Positions 39,548 through 55,745 of a stretch of DNA of 64,000 nt are shown piece by piece. A program made the translations under genes and the position numbers. Each line of letters opens with the position of its first letter. Position 1 is the first letter of the stretch. Source of the DNA: Tubulanus polymorphus (lineage: Eukaryota > Animalia > Nemertea); contig NC_134026.1 in the NCBI RefSeq assembly GCF_964204645.1, forward strand, positions 30,166,150-30,230,149, read 5' to 3'. The notes under the pieces are model-generated. The model saw only the letters and a list, made by a program, of their open reading frames with translations. It did no database searches and was not told the origin of the DNA.

Positions 39548-41143
39548 TCATAATTTGGAGAAATAATAATCTTCTTTCACTACTAATGATCTTTTGATAT
39601 CCGAAATACACCGACATCCTGCAAATATACACAATAATCGAAGCGCGCTTCAATTTGAGATTCTATCTAAGTCAATGAACATGTGTACCATCGCGATAAA
39701 ACCTACCAGAAAGAGCCATGGCTGTCTTTAATTCGCTCTTCAGAATTTCCAAGACATTTTGAACTCCATTTTCGCCCTGAATCAATAAATGAAGGTTTCA
39801 TTAGAACACTGGAAGGAATAGGAAACAATTCCCCGATTTGAAAAGCCTTACATTGCAAGCTAATCCCCATAAAACTGGTCGACCAATCAAAACAGCTTTA
39901 GCTCCGAGCGCTAGAGCTTTTAATACATCAGTACCAGTACGAATTCCACCATCTACATATACTTCAACTCGACCTCTGACTGCTGTTACAATCTCTGGTA
40001 ATACTTCTATCTAGAGATAATAAACATTCATCATACTGTGAACAATTAGAAAATATCGACAGTTATTAACGCTTACTGTGACAGGTGATGTATCTAATTG
40101 TCTTCCTCCATGATTAGACACTATGATAGCTGATGCGCCATGTTCTATCGCTAGTTCAGCATCTTCTGCTGTTAAAATACCTTTAACTATTACTGGTAAA
40201 TTAGCTACTTCTTTCAGCCATGCGATATCCTTCCATGTTAGACTGGCGTCTAACGCTCCACCAGGAATAATTATTCCCCGATTCGCAAGTGACTGAAGTA
40301 TCAAAATTTACTATTACGTCATAAACAGTACATCCATTTTGCACAATAAGATGTTAAGATATCTATATTCAAATACCTTTGACATTTCATCGTCAATATT
40401 TCCATATTTCTGATCGGTTGGGAGGATGAGAGGATGTCCGGCCCTACGTTTTCCGGTCAATGGTGCATCTACAGTTAACACGATAGCCTTGAAATCAGCA
40501 GCCACGGCCCGTTCCAACATGCGTTTAACAATATCACGAGCAATGAGTATATAACATTGTAACCATTTGATGCCATTCGGAACTTCTTCATTTACTTCAC
40601 CAATGCTACGTGTTGAGAAGGTACTCATCGTGAATATTGTCCCCATTTTTGCAGCAGCTAATTTTCAACGAAAACCGAATCATTGAATTTTCGCACGTGA
40701 ACAAGACGGTTCTAAATCGTTTCAAATTCGGAAATTACCTTTAGCCGTCGCAACTTCGCCATCCTGATTCACTAACCCATGCTGCGCTGTCGGAGCAATA
40801 CAGATAGGCGAATCTACCGATTGTCCTAGTATATTCGTTGATACGTCCACGTTAGACACATCTCTCAAAAATGAAGGTCTTAATTTCAATCTGTATCAAT
40901 CAAACGTTTCATTTAACTTAGTGAACATCTTACTATACACACAATTCAATTTGATAGAACTTTAAGAATTACACTTTCAATATTCAAAAGACGAACGATC
41001 TCAAACCTTTTATAGGCAAGTTCATTTTCCTTTAATGTGATCTCTTCATCTGCACCAGATGAATAATAATTCCACGAATGTCTATCGCATATCTTCTCGG
41101 CTTCTATTTCATAATCCTTCAGGCAAACAAACTTTGCCATCAT
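39548..41143 (-). CDS. HAO1: Hydroxyacid oxidase paralog c, peroxisomal (inverted)
   Basis: [33 protein letters not shown]; ends EDYYFSKL* (TGA at 39550-39548). Confidence 0.88.
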
Positions 41144-41845
41144 CCTGATTTAGTTAGCGGTATATAACCTATACATCGATATCGAATCCTTTGGAACTAG
41201 AGACTGTTCTTAATCTACTTCTATACAGAATCATAAAAACCTCATAAAAGAACTTGTCAATTATTCTTCAGGAGGCTTTGGAATTTCTATGTCATTCGAG
41301 AATGTAAATCATGATATGATTACATGCGGATATTGACCTTATTAACCAACAATACGACCGATCAAGGACCCTGAAGAGAATAAGACAAACAACTAGATGA
41401 ACCAATTGCAAATTAGTTTTTTTTGAGACAAGAGGTGACTGTGCACGTAGCACGGATTCAAACCTAATTGTAAAACCCTATTGATAATCTGACTAAGACT
41501 ATTGCCTGTCCGAAGGGTAGAGACCGGTAACCAGTCTATAATCTGACCAGTCCGCGCCGCGTTGGTCGTGGTCAGACTCGATTCCAGCTGGTTCGAATCC
41601 CTGTTGAACGGCTCGGAATATTTAAAAATATTTGGATAATTTCCTAACTTACGTGAGCACCCGGAAGTGAATTGTTTTGCATCAGAATCTCACCACACCG
41701 TGCCGCGGCTGTTCTTTTTAGAGTCGGGGAATTTCTAACAATAAATAATTGAATTGATGAAATCCAAGGTCGTTGAGCTGATCGTGGTGAACTGATGTAA
41801 TTTCTCTATCAAAAGTCTCTTTAAAAGATTTCTGTCATCAAAGAA
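41144..41845. promoter_or_regulatory. Head-to-head promoter region HAO-c/ELP3 with ETS site and a SINE-like remnant
   Basis: CCGGAAGTG at ~41661; tRNA-like A/B boxes (TGTCCGAAGGG ... GGTTCGAATCC) at ~41505-41601. Confidence 0.45.
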
Positions 41846-45825
<3,980 letters not shown>

Positions 45826-46308
45826 TCATCAACAACTTGTGTAATAATACTATGTTTAAAACTGCGAAAAATGAATAAAGAAATCTATTCACCTCTTCAC
45901 TTCACGTGTTTGTTCTGAAAATCTTGTAAAAATCTACATGTTCCTGTATGTCTTTGTACGTTGTTGATGACACCAGTGATGATATTTTGGATGGAAACGA
46001 CATAAGATTGTGATTCATTGATAGCTTTGCTCGAGAGCTGTACTGAAATCGGAATTAAATGGAAAATGCCTAGATTGACGAGGCCAAGTTGCCCAAGGCA
46101 AGTGAGGATGATTCGAGTAATAGAGGATGCGACAAACTATTTGGATATTTCTCGATTTATTTAATCGATTATGCGAGTATAAAAGAATATAACATTAAAA
46201 CAAGATGTATATAGATTTTGATCCAGCTATCAGTTCTACCAAAAATACTCTACTTACGTTTGTTCAATTAAACATGTGCGCATATTTGCGTAATAGCTCT
46301 CAAGTGTC

Positions 46309-48876
46309 CTAATTAGTAATAATAGCAATCGCGATAAACAGAATTAAAAAGACGACAAAAAATGATCGATCTATGAAAATGATGACGTCTTTCCAGCTGA
46401 TTGAGGAGTAGTTACTGACTGCACAACATCCAGCGTCAGGTCCAGTCTGTCGTTTCTCGTCCTGATCCGGCTGGTCGGCTGATGGTCGCACACATAGTAA
46501 ATATCCGATACATGATAGAACCTTGAATTAAACAAATATTCATGCTTCGAATGAATTCAATGAGATGAGCATCTAGTTGGATTAACCGAGATACATTGCT
46601 ACCCCTAAAACTGTCATGAAAAGAATCTGGAGCAGTTGTATATCAAATATATTCATATATCGAGATGGCTCTAAAATTAGCATCATTTTCTGGAGAAATA
46701 CCCTCAAACCATAGTCTGAGCAATGATACTTTTTGATAAGCGCTCCTCTTATATTCATTCCAGGATCCCTCCTTATAATTGTCTACACAAAATCGAAAGA
46801 CTATCATTTACCTTCTGAACGCAGGCGGGGGGTTTCGAATTGCAGTTACATTGATAAAACAGACCCAATATACAAGTCAATATGAGCGATATTGATGCAG
46901 CTATAATTCCAAACACACCATAAAACACTGCAAAATACACATATACGTAATTTCATACCGACTAATTTTTTCAAACGAATATGTTCTGTAACTTACATAT
47001 GAAAAGCGATGAGTATGTCGAACTTCCTGCGATGTAGTTATTCTGCGAATTCGTCAACAAAACAACCAAAGTAATGAGTACTCCAATAGCTACGTAGGCA
47101 AAGAATACATTCGTTCTTAAATACATGTGGAAAATGAGGGAAATTTAAAGATTGAAAGTAGAATTCTCACCCAGTGTAATCTTCGAAGGGTTTTCTGGAT
47201 TTATCAAGAAAACGAATGGTACGAGCAGAGACACTGTGATTACTGGTGCAATCGCTACAAAACATGTCAACCAAGTGGAATAACGAGAAAGCGTCAAATT
47301 GAATGTTAAATCTGGATAGGATTCCACGCAACACGGATAATATTTCACATTCTTTCTCGCTGAATGATCGATGATTTTGTATTCATTGTTCTGTATATAA
47401 TCTGTCAAATCTATTTCTTTCTTGTTGTCGAAAAAGTTCAGGTCCAACTGAAAGCATTAATTTCATTAAAACCCGTTCGAAATCCAAACTATAAATTGAT
47501 CGAATGACCGTAACGTAATCATAAACATACCTCGAATCCGTCGTAAGTCCACGATGCTAGTTTGATCGGGGCATAAATAGTTACGGGTTGTTTTTGGCGA
47601 TCCACGTAAATTTGAGTTGATAAATGAGTCGGTTTTATAAGTAGGACTGAACCAGTATAATCTACAACTGCCATCGTTTCCACGTCTCCAATAGGGTCAT
47701 TATTAGCTCTGAAAATCAATACGAGCCCAAATCTTTTATCAGATGAGATCAAAAACACCAAAAGAATGATCGGATCAATTCCTACTTGTTGTAAACTGCA
47801 ATATCAGGTGTCCATATAAACTTGTTTGGAATTCTTACAACTTCCACTCCGCCATATTCTGCTGGATCCCATTTCAGGTGTACATCACTCCATTGCTATA
47901 CACACATTATTACAAGATTACTCAAAATGTTCAAACAATTTCCATGGAATAACCTATATTTATTCTTATATGTGTTCCCAAAATTGTATGTTATTTATAT
48001 TTGTGAATATGTTTTCCTCCCAAACAGGACTTGGCGTAGGCTACATTTGGAACCTCGTTATAACGAACTCGGATACAACGATTCATCGGATATAACAAAT
48101 AAATAATGTGATCGTCAAGTAACACAATTTCACTAATTTCATACTGGATATAACGAACTAGCGGTTATTTACTGATCTCGTGAAATTCGCTGTAACGAAG
48201 TTCCCCCATGTATAATTGATGCGAGCCGTGTTTTAGGTTAAACGATTATACATCGCAATTACAGATGATTGAATACTATGGGAACTGGTTCGTATGGGTG
48301 AACCCTTTAACTTACAAAACGAATCCACGCTTGCGATTTCAGAATGTTTTTCTTTGTGTCCTAAAATTCCAGAATCATTCTTATCATATACATAAAAGAA
48401 AAGCATCGAAACGTAAAGAAGATCGCTGGAACGTACGTACCACATCGAGCACTTTGATAAGCGCCAACCCGATCTTCACGACTTGTCTGCTAGACACGTT
48501 TGCTACAGGTAGCGAAAATGTCCCACTGCGTTTATAAAACGATCGAATTTCTTGGGTCAATTTTTCAGCGCCGTTTAAATTTGTATAACGCAGTTTTGCC
48601 GCCACGACTGAAATTGACGTCTTGTGAATATGATAATTCTTACTTGCGCTATATTTCAATACGTCATGCATATAAAGCACGTTTTGGTACAACCCGACCC
48701 ACCAACCAACTGGGACTATACACGGTACGCATTAATGATTAATTAAAACTATAAAGCTCACTATAAAGTTATCATTTTTGAATACCAAAAACACTAAATT
48801 GATAAAATATCATGAAATAACAATTCATTTTTCACTAACCCGTGACGATACAAAAGATAACAGCGATTGATTTCAT
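46309..48876 (-). CDS. Nicotinic acetylcholine receptor alpha-like pentameric ligand-gated channel subunit lacking the Cys-loop cysteines
   Basis: Nine exons give signal MKSIAVIFCIVTVVAA, VKIGLALIKVLDV-DTKKNILKSQAWIRFQWSDVHLKWDPAEYGGVEVVRIP..IWTPDIAVYN, loop B SWTYDG, loop C YYPCCVESYPD, M1-M3, short M3-M4 loop, M4 WKDVIIFIDRSFFVVF; TAG at 46311-46309. Confidence 0.9.
48042..48212. mobile_element. Degenerate Tc1/pogo-like MITE in nAChR intron
   Basis: TACAtttGGAACCTCGTTATAACGA ... TGTAACGAAGTTCCcccaTGTA imperfect TIRs with TA ends. Confidence 0.5.
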
Positions 48877-49171
48877 TATGATTTCGAGCCGGGTGGTCGT
48901 AGCTGCTGATCCACTGCTCTCTGTGATCCCGCAGGAATAACACAGATCTCACCTCCCTGGATAAACGCAACCTCGCAATTTAGCCGAAATATGTTTATTG
49001 GCGCAGTTCAATGAACGTTCAACAAAAAAGTATATCATTTCTCTCACACGGTATTTGACGACATAACAACCAAAGAGACGGGTTACAGCAGCCAGGAGAC
49101 CGGTTACAGCAGCCAGGCTTTCAAACACGTATTGCGACTCTTTCAGAGCTCTACTAGTGCTGCCGTACCGT

Positions 49172-52100
49172 CCCTTATGAAAATGGTACACGTGTATTTA
49201 GCTAAATACACGTGTAATACACGTGTAATATGAAATTACACGTGTACTTTTGACGTGTATTTTGAAGTACATGTGTAAAACACGTGTATTTCTAAAATAC
49301 ACGTGTAGTTTGGACATGTATTTTGAATTACACGTGTACTGAAGATGTGTATTTTGAAATACACGTGTAACTTAGTACGTGTATTTTAAAAACACGTGTA
49401 AATTCATGTGTGGCTTCTGAAATACATGTGCAATCTGGATGCATGTACCTTGGCTAAAAAATTATACATGTACCTTGTTTCTCATAATTGGTCACTTTTG
49501 TAAACTGCAATAAAATTTGTAATTACATCATTTAGCTTCACATGATTTCATAAAAAGTAAGATTTTGCATGTAATGTTCGGAGAATTGAAGGAATCTCCT
49601 GTCTTTTTAATTGTTTGATCCTCATTTAGTAGTTTTTTCCAGGATGCCATGTCAAAAAATCATGTTGTTTGTCCTGTATTGACTAGATTGGATCCTGTAT
49701 GAATGAAGCACATGTCTTTGTTGCCCTCTGAATAAATCCAAAAACTGTTTCACAAAAATCATGATCTGAACAAAAAATTTTGGATATTTCATTTATTATC
49801 AAGATAACTAGAGGCTTAGGGGACTGCCCAAGCCCCGAATTACAATGTTATTTATGAAAAATGTTGAATATATTGCTGTCACCAGCTCCAAGTGTTCTGC
49901 TTTCCTTGTAGGCCCATACACAAAAAATGTCCTTTTTCCTCTAATGTTGCCTTATCATACTGTATATCACATAATGAACATTTGTATCATACCTGCAGTT
50001 TTTTGAATAATGTCTTATATACAGCGCAGTAATATTTGTTCACCTCCGCACATAGAGAAAATCTTTTCAAAATAGGCATTTAGAACTGCGTAGAACCGCT
50101 TCTCAGTAACAGTAAATTCAACCGATCCAACAATCCAGTCAAAACAGTTGATGTGGATCCAGCTTTGAGGGAGAACATCATAATAGTAGTAACAGCCCCA
50201 CGAAGGGTCACCTCAGCATTTGTGTGGAGAGGATCATCTATTTCCATCAATGAGCTGTGGCTGCAAAACAGATTAAACATTTTGGTGATTGGTCAAGTTC
50301 ATATCGGATGAGTAGATTGGCAATTATGATTGCATTCACTTTAGTCATAAGGCACTGTATTACTAACTTACGTCGTCACAACCATTGTCTGCATTATTGG
50401 TTGATTGTGGCCATTTTCAATTCTTAAATCTTCCAGATTCTCAAAATCGACTTCTTGAAAAATCAAAATGTCCATCATTTAGCAACATATTACAAACTAC
50501 AAAACAAGAAGTAATTTGAGAATAAATTATTCCCAAGCATATAGAACTTAAGGCTACAGTAGGCCTATACGTAGGTTGGTTTCCAGCTAGCGATTTCGTA
50601 GCCTATTGTTGCGATGAACATGCATAACGTACCAGATCGGACCTGGATTTTTTGTCTGTAAGGGCTCATATACGAAATACCTAGCATTGTCTATCATACA
50701 TTATCCATTATATATGTATACACCATATTTTGTATGTTATACACATAAAAAGTATGTGGTACAATGCGATCGTCCAATATACAGACACTGAGACAGACAG
50801 AGGCCATCCCCTCAATTAGCACTGAGCCCGCTTGTGAAAACTAACAACATTAACATTAAACTAAACAATTGGCCTATGCAATAGCATAATTCTCCATGTC
50901 TCTTGTTTGTCCTGTCAACTTTATTGAACTGTCAAACCAATAATTTACTTGTTTAACATTATTATTGATAAGGACCAATAAAGTCAATTTGATTTGCTTA
51001 GATTTAAAATGATCTTACCTCCAAATGTTTAACATGTAGGCCTACTCGCGTATTTTAACTGGCCTTCTACTTGCAATTTCTTTTTCAAACTCCATGCTTG
51101 CAAAAGACGAATTCGGTTGGTATACATCGATATTTACGGGTAATTTTTCCACTAAAAAGTGCATCTTTATGTTATTTGTCTTCCATTTTGGAACACTACT
51201 AAAATGAAAACCTCACTGACGAACTGACGAGCTCCGATTAAATGGTTTTCAATGAACAGAAAAACAACCTAGACAAAATAATCTCATCTAAATGTTGAAT
51301 TAAATACTTACATGCCTTATTCATGCACCTTTTTGTCTATTTTTATAATACAGCGTATATTAAAATGATCGTCATTTCTTCACTGAATCGTTATTTTCAT
51401 CTTGCTTAATTGATTTTGCCTTAGCTTCATTGATTTTGCCTTAGCTTCATAATAACTTAGTATAAGTAATTTTTTTACTAATTAAATATCACTTATCACG
51501 ATTATTCTTAAATTCTAAAAGAACTAAAATGCTGATGTAAAACTTATTAATAATTAAATAATCTATTTCAATTAAACTCCCAAGCACCCCTGCGCGGTGG
51601 CAGCCATATTGCCATTGTTAAGCAACACGTTTTCACGCCGTTTTCACAGGCTTTCACGATCTATTCAGTATTATATTCTCATAATGATTGCAAAACGCAT
51701 TAATGGATGACAATGTATAATAGGGGATCATTGACAACTGGACCAAAAGTGACACTGCTTCTTTGTTTGAGGTGAAACACATAGTGGATCATTGAATGAT
51801 TAGATTCATTAGAGTGGATTCGAATGGAAGTGGAACAGAAAAAGTCGAAGGCCATTTGATTTATTATCCCGCGTTTAAAGGACGCGTTGTGGATTGTTCA
51901 GGTATTATTATTGTTATGTACATGTAGTAAAGTAAACGTTTATTGTGTTGGGCTTCAGGCCACCACAAGGTCACTAAAAGAATATGCTTATTGGAATGAA
52001 AACTAACATGACTAAGTAAATATTGTAGGCCTAGAATCTTTATTTTTAGTATTGAATTGAATTTGAATTAGTTATAGTTATTAGTAGGCCTTAAATGTAG

Positions 52101-54489
52101 GCCTTAAATGATTGAATGTCCAGTGAAAAAATTGTGAGTGATCATTCCAATCGTGAGGGATAAAAATGGAGTTTCTTTGGTGTTTATTCATCCAATCTAA
52201 AAACCGCAGGATCATTTTCATTTTGTTGTGCGCCCATCATCGCCATTAAATTTGTATGCTGGACATGAAATTAGGTCGCTGTCGGAGTTTCGATTGTCGG
52301 CAAAAACGACGTTAGTGCAATCAATTCTTGACCATTTTTTTTCAAACTTTATAGGGTCTACACCAATAAGAATTGATCCAGACCGACACTATAAAATTGG
52401 AATTCCCATTTTTTGGCTTAAAATGTGTCCACCAGGGGATTGTTGGAAAATGATGTTAGCGCGAGAGAGCCTTCAATGCTCCACTGATTTCTCAACAATG
52501 ACAGTGTGATGAAAATCAGGTATTTACATAATAGATTATATGAGCGTCGAAATGGTTTTAGTATAGATTACAGCGTGAGCATTGTAAATTCTTCTCATTT
52601 TAGGATGCCTACTCACTATTGAATGATACAACAGCTGCTGCCATACGCTGATTATTCTGAAAACCTAATACTGTTGGGTGCATGGATGCTGTCGTCCACT
52701 CATTTAAAAGAAGAACTAATTGTCAAGGCATTGGACTGGATGCGAAGCAATGAAAGTCTTCCATGAGAAAAAAAGTTGGACCCAAACCGGGTCAGCTAAA
52801 TAATACGTAAGTACATGAATTCAATATATAATGGCTAGCGTTCATTTGTTGTTGATTTACAGGGGCGGATCCAAGCTGGAAGAACGAGGGTTCAGCTCTT
52901 ATGAAAAGGGCACTAGTCAATACAGGTCTCACGGTGTGAAACGGTAGTATGGGGTTTCGGGCTATTGCATTCACCCTTTGTTCGTCTGTTTTAATACTCT
53001 TGATATTTAAGTTATACATATATCTATCCTAGCCATGTCTCCAGCCCAAAACTGGTCCGAATCAAGATGGCCAACTGCATTGGCCATTTTCGTTCCCCAA
53101 AATCATCACTTATGCAATTTTTTGAAGTTTTCAAGGGAAATTTTGAAGATGCTTCAATCTTGACACAAGATGGCCATCATGTGACCTTTTTTGTACCCAA
53201 AAAGGTCATTTTTGCCTTGTAGCTGCTTATGGTTTGCAATTTTTCTTTGAAATTTGTAATGGGTGTACATTCTTAACAATCTAAAACATACGAGACAGAT
53301 TTTTCGATCAGTCAAGCGTGACACATTTGGCAGCCATCTTAGTGTCATCAGTTCTTATTCGTAGATAGAAAAAGGTTTTTGAAGGAAAATATCGACAGGT
53401 TTTGACTTATAGTCTTGATATTTGATAATTGTTACCACTGTTGTAGTATTCATCTCATGTGGAATTAGGGTTACCCAGGTTTTTGTTCTCACCACCAGGG
53501 GGAGTTGAATATTGAATTATATACAATTTGTCTAATTTATTTTTGTAGCTATGAATACTTTATAACATCGATCAATTATGAAATTGTAGCTTGTGACATG
53601 TTCTATGATAGTGGTGAGTTTCAATGTCCTGTTTCTATTTTATTATGTTGATTGGTTAGCATTCGAAACCATATGGGCATGGTGTCCCTAGACCCCTTGT
53701 TTTTCATCAGGTGGCGTTGAACATTGAAATTTCCAGATTGTCAAGCATTTCACCATATGGCTTAAAATCAAGTCATTGAAGAGTGCAAAAACTGTTAACT
53801 GTTATATGCAGAAGACTCTTAGAAAAAGCTACAGAATTCAATCATCATCCCAAGCAGCTGAAGTTGAATTATTTATCCGGGTAAAGAAATCATTTTATAC
53901 TTTTGCTTAATTTTTTTCAAATGGTTATCATTTCAGAACAATGTCAAAAGGAGAAGGGTGCGAAAGAGGCCAACATAAGACATGCCATTACTCAAAGATT
54001 TATAAAATTTATGAAGATGAATAAATCAGTTAGTATGGAAAATGTGAATCTCTTGAGTACGTTCATTCTAAACAGCACATGGATTAAGGAGATGGTCCTC
54101 ACATGGTGGTTTGATTTGAATTCAACAAAAGATTGCAATTGAAGACACATGTATTTAGCATGAAGTACACGTGTAAGACACGTGTAATATTGGATGAAAT
54201 ACACATGTAATTAGGATAAAGTACACGTGTAATACAAGATGAAAAACACGTGTAATAAGGATGAAGTACACGTGTAATACACGTGTAATTTGGATGAAGT
54301 ACACGTGTAATTAGGATGAAGTACACGTGTAATACACGTGTAATTTGGATGAAGTACACGTGTAATTAGGATGAAGTACACGTGTAATTGGGATAAAGTA
54401 CACGTGTAAAATTGGGCCAATTTTACACGTGTACTTGAAATACACGTGTATTTTCATTTACAATTACACGTGTACCATTTTCATAAGGG
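49172..54489. mobile_element. 5.3-kb CMC/EnSpm(CACTA)-like DNA transposon, degenerate
   Basis: Perfect 25-bp TIR CCCTTATGAAAATGGTACACGTGTA at both ends, 2-bp GT flanking duplication (49170-71, 54490-91), arrays of TACACGTGTA subterminal repeats, internal decayed ORFs. Confidence 0.8.
49870..50500 (-). pseudogene. Decayed N-terminal part of an EnSpm-type transposase
   Basis: DDPLHTNAEVTLRGAVTTIMMFSLKAGSTSTVLTGLLDRLNLLL resembles the 'PLY..A.vT..e....Im.F.l...lt...l..LL.li.l' N-terminal motif of animal CMC transposases (from memory); followed by stops/frameshifts. Confidence 0.5.
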
Positions 54490-55539
54490 GTGTAGTACTA
54501 ACAAGCAAACAAAAGTTAGCGTGTTACAGAATGCTTAAAACAACAACAAAAAAGATCTCGGGTTTTCGCTATACTTAGGGAAGGTTGTTCGATAAATGAA
54601 TAACCTTGTTGATAAATATTTAAAAAAATGCCTTTTCATGTAAATAGAATTTGTTGTTTGTTTCATTTGTTGTTTATTATTTTCATCTATTTTTTAATAT
54701 CATCTATTAATGTATGTACTTGTATTTTGTATTATTTACTACTTATTATTTATTGGTTTTTTAATTTATGTACTTGTAGTTTGTATTATTTATACTCATC
54801 TATTTACAACTGCAGGCATTTTTTCACTGTAAAGTTTCTGGGCCCAGAAAAGCACTACCGATTCACTGTCACTCCTTAATAACCATTATACACCCGATTT
54901 GAAGCTAAGTGAATAAAAGAAGTTCAATTCTTTTTTTATAGGTTTTACCTAGGATACTGGGTCAAATCTTTGATTTTGGACCCCAGCTATCGTGACGCCA
55001 GATTTACACGACGTTCGTGTCTTGTGGTATCCTAAGACTATAGATCATATTGGATCCATTTTCAGCGGAAGTTTAATTAAATGATAATGATCTGAACAGT
55101 AAAGATTATTCTATTTTTCAAATAACTTTCTCCAGGACTTTTTTTGATACGAAAACCGAATTTGGCACTGACTGTGGCATGCGGATAAAAAGTTAGTTCG
55201 CAGATTCACCGCCAGGGGCAGCACGTACCGGAGTAACAGTTGTTATTTTTGTAACATGTTAGAACAAATTCTAACCTTTATGATCTAATCCTCAATATAC
55301 CATTGATGTTTGGTTTTTTTTGGAAATAAAAGATAAAGTTAAAAAGTTACAGTTCATGTGATAAATGACACATCTCAACATTCCATCTGTGGCACGCGAG
55401 TAGAATATTTTAAAATAAAATTTTCTACGGCTTACATCATTCAACCCATTGTATTTCAAATGCATATTTCTATCATAGTTGGGGCTTTATCAATGAAGCT
55501 GGAGCTGTGGTTCTGAGTTTTGGGTCACTCTAATGTGCT

Positions 55540-55745
55540 GCCGCCTAGCGGTGCCACGGTGTTCGGTGGATGAGTCACGCCTCTAGTGCACGTCATCTTT
55601 ACGTTTTCAGCCAATCAACACACGGTAAATACTCATGTGAGGAAATGGCGAGATTGTAAACAAGGAAGTGAAAAGTTGAATGAAAATCAGTGCTTCTAAA
55701 ATCCAATGCTCCCGCATTTACAGTGAGGAGTCAGTTCATTAATTT
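55540..55745 (+). promoter_or_regulatory. PERK promoter/5' leader with AP-1/ATF, CRE/UPRE-like, CCAAT and ETS motifs and uORFs
   Basis: TGAGTCA ~55571, CACGTCA ~55589, CCAAT ~55611, AAATGGCG ~55643, GGAAGTG ~55664; upstream ATGs at 55635, 55645, 55680, 55706. Confidence 0.5.

Noticed and set aside
48949-49191. 80-aa ORF as first exon of the nAChR-like gene
   Set aside because: It is out of frame with exon 2 and runs into the TIR; the ATG at 48876 gives a proper signal peptide and the correct phase.
54099-54420. Repetitive ORFs (ITRVLHPNYTC)
   Set aside because: They are translations of the transposon subterminal repeats.
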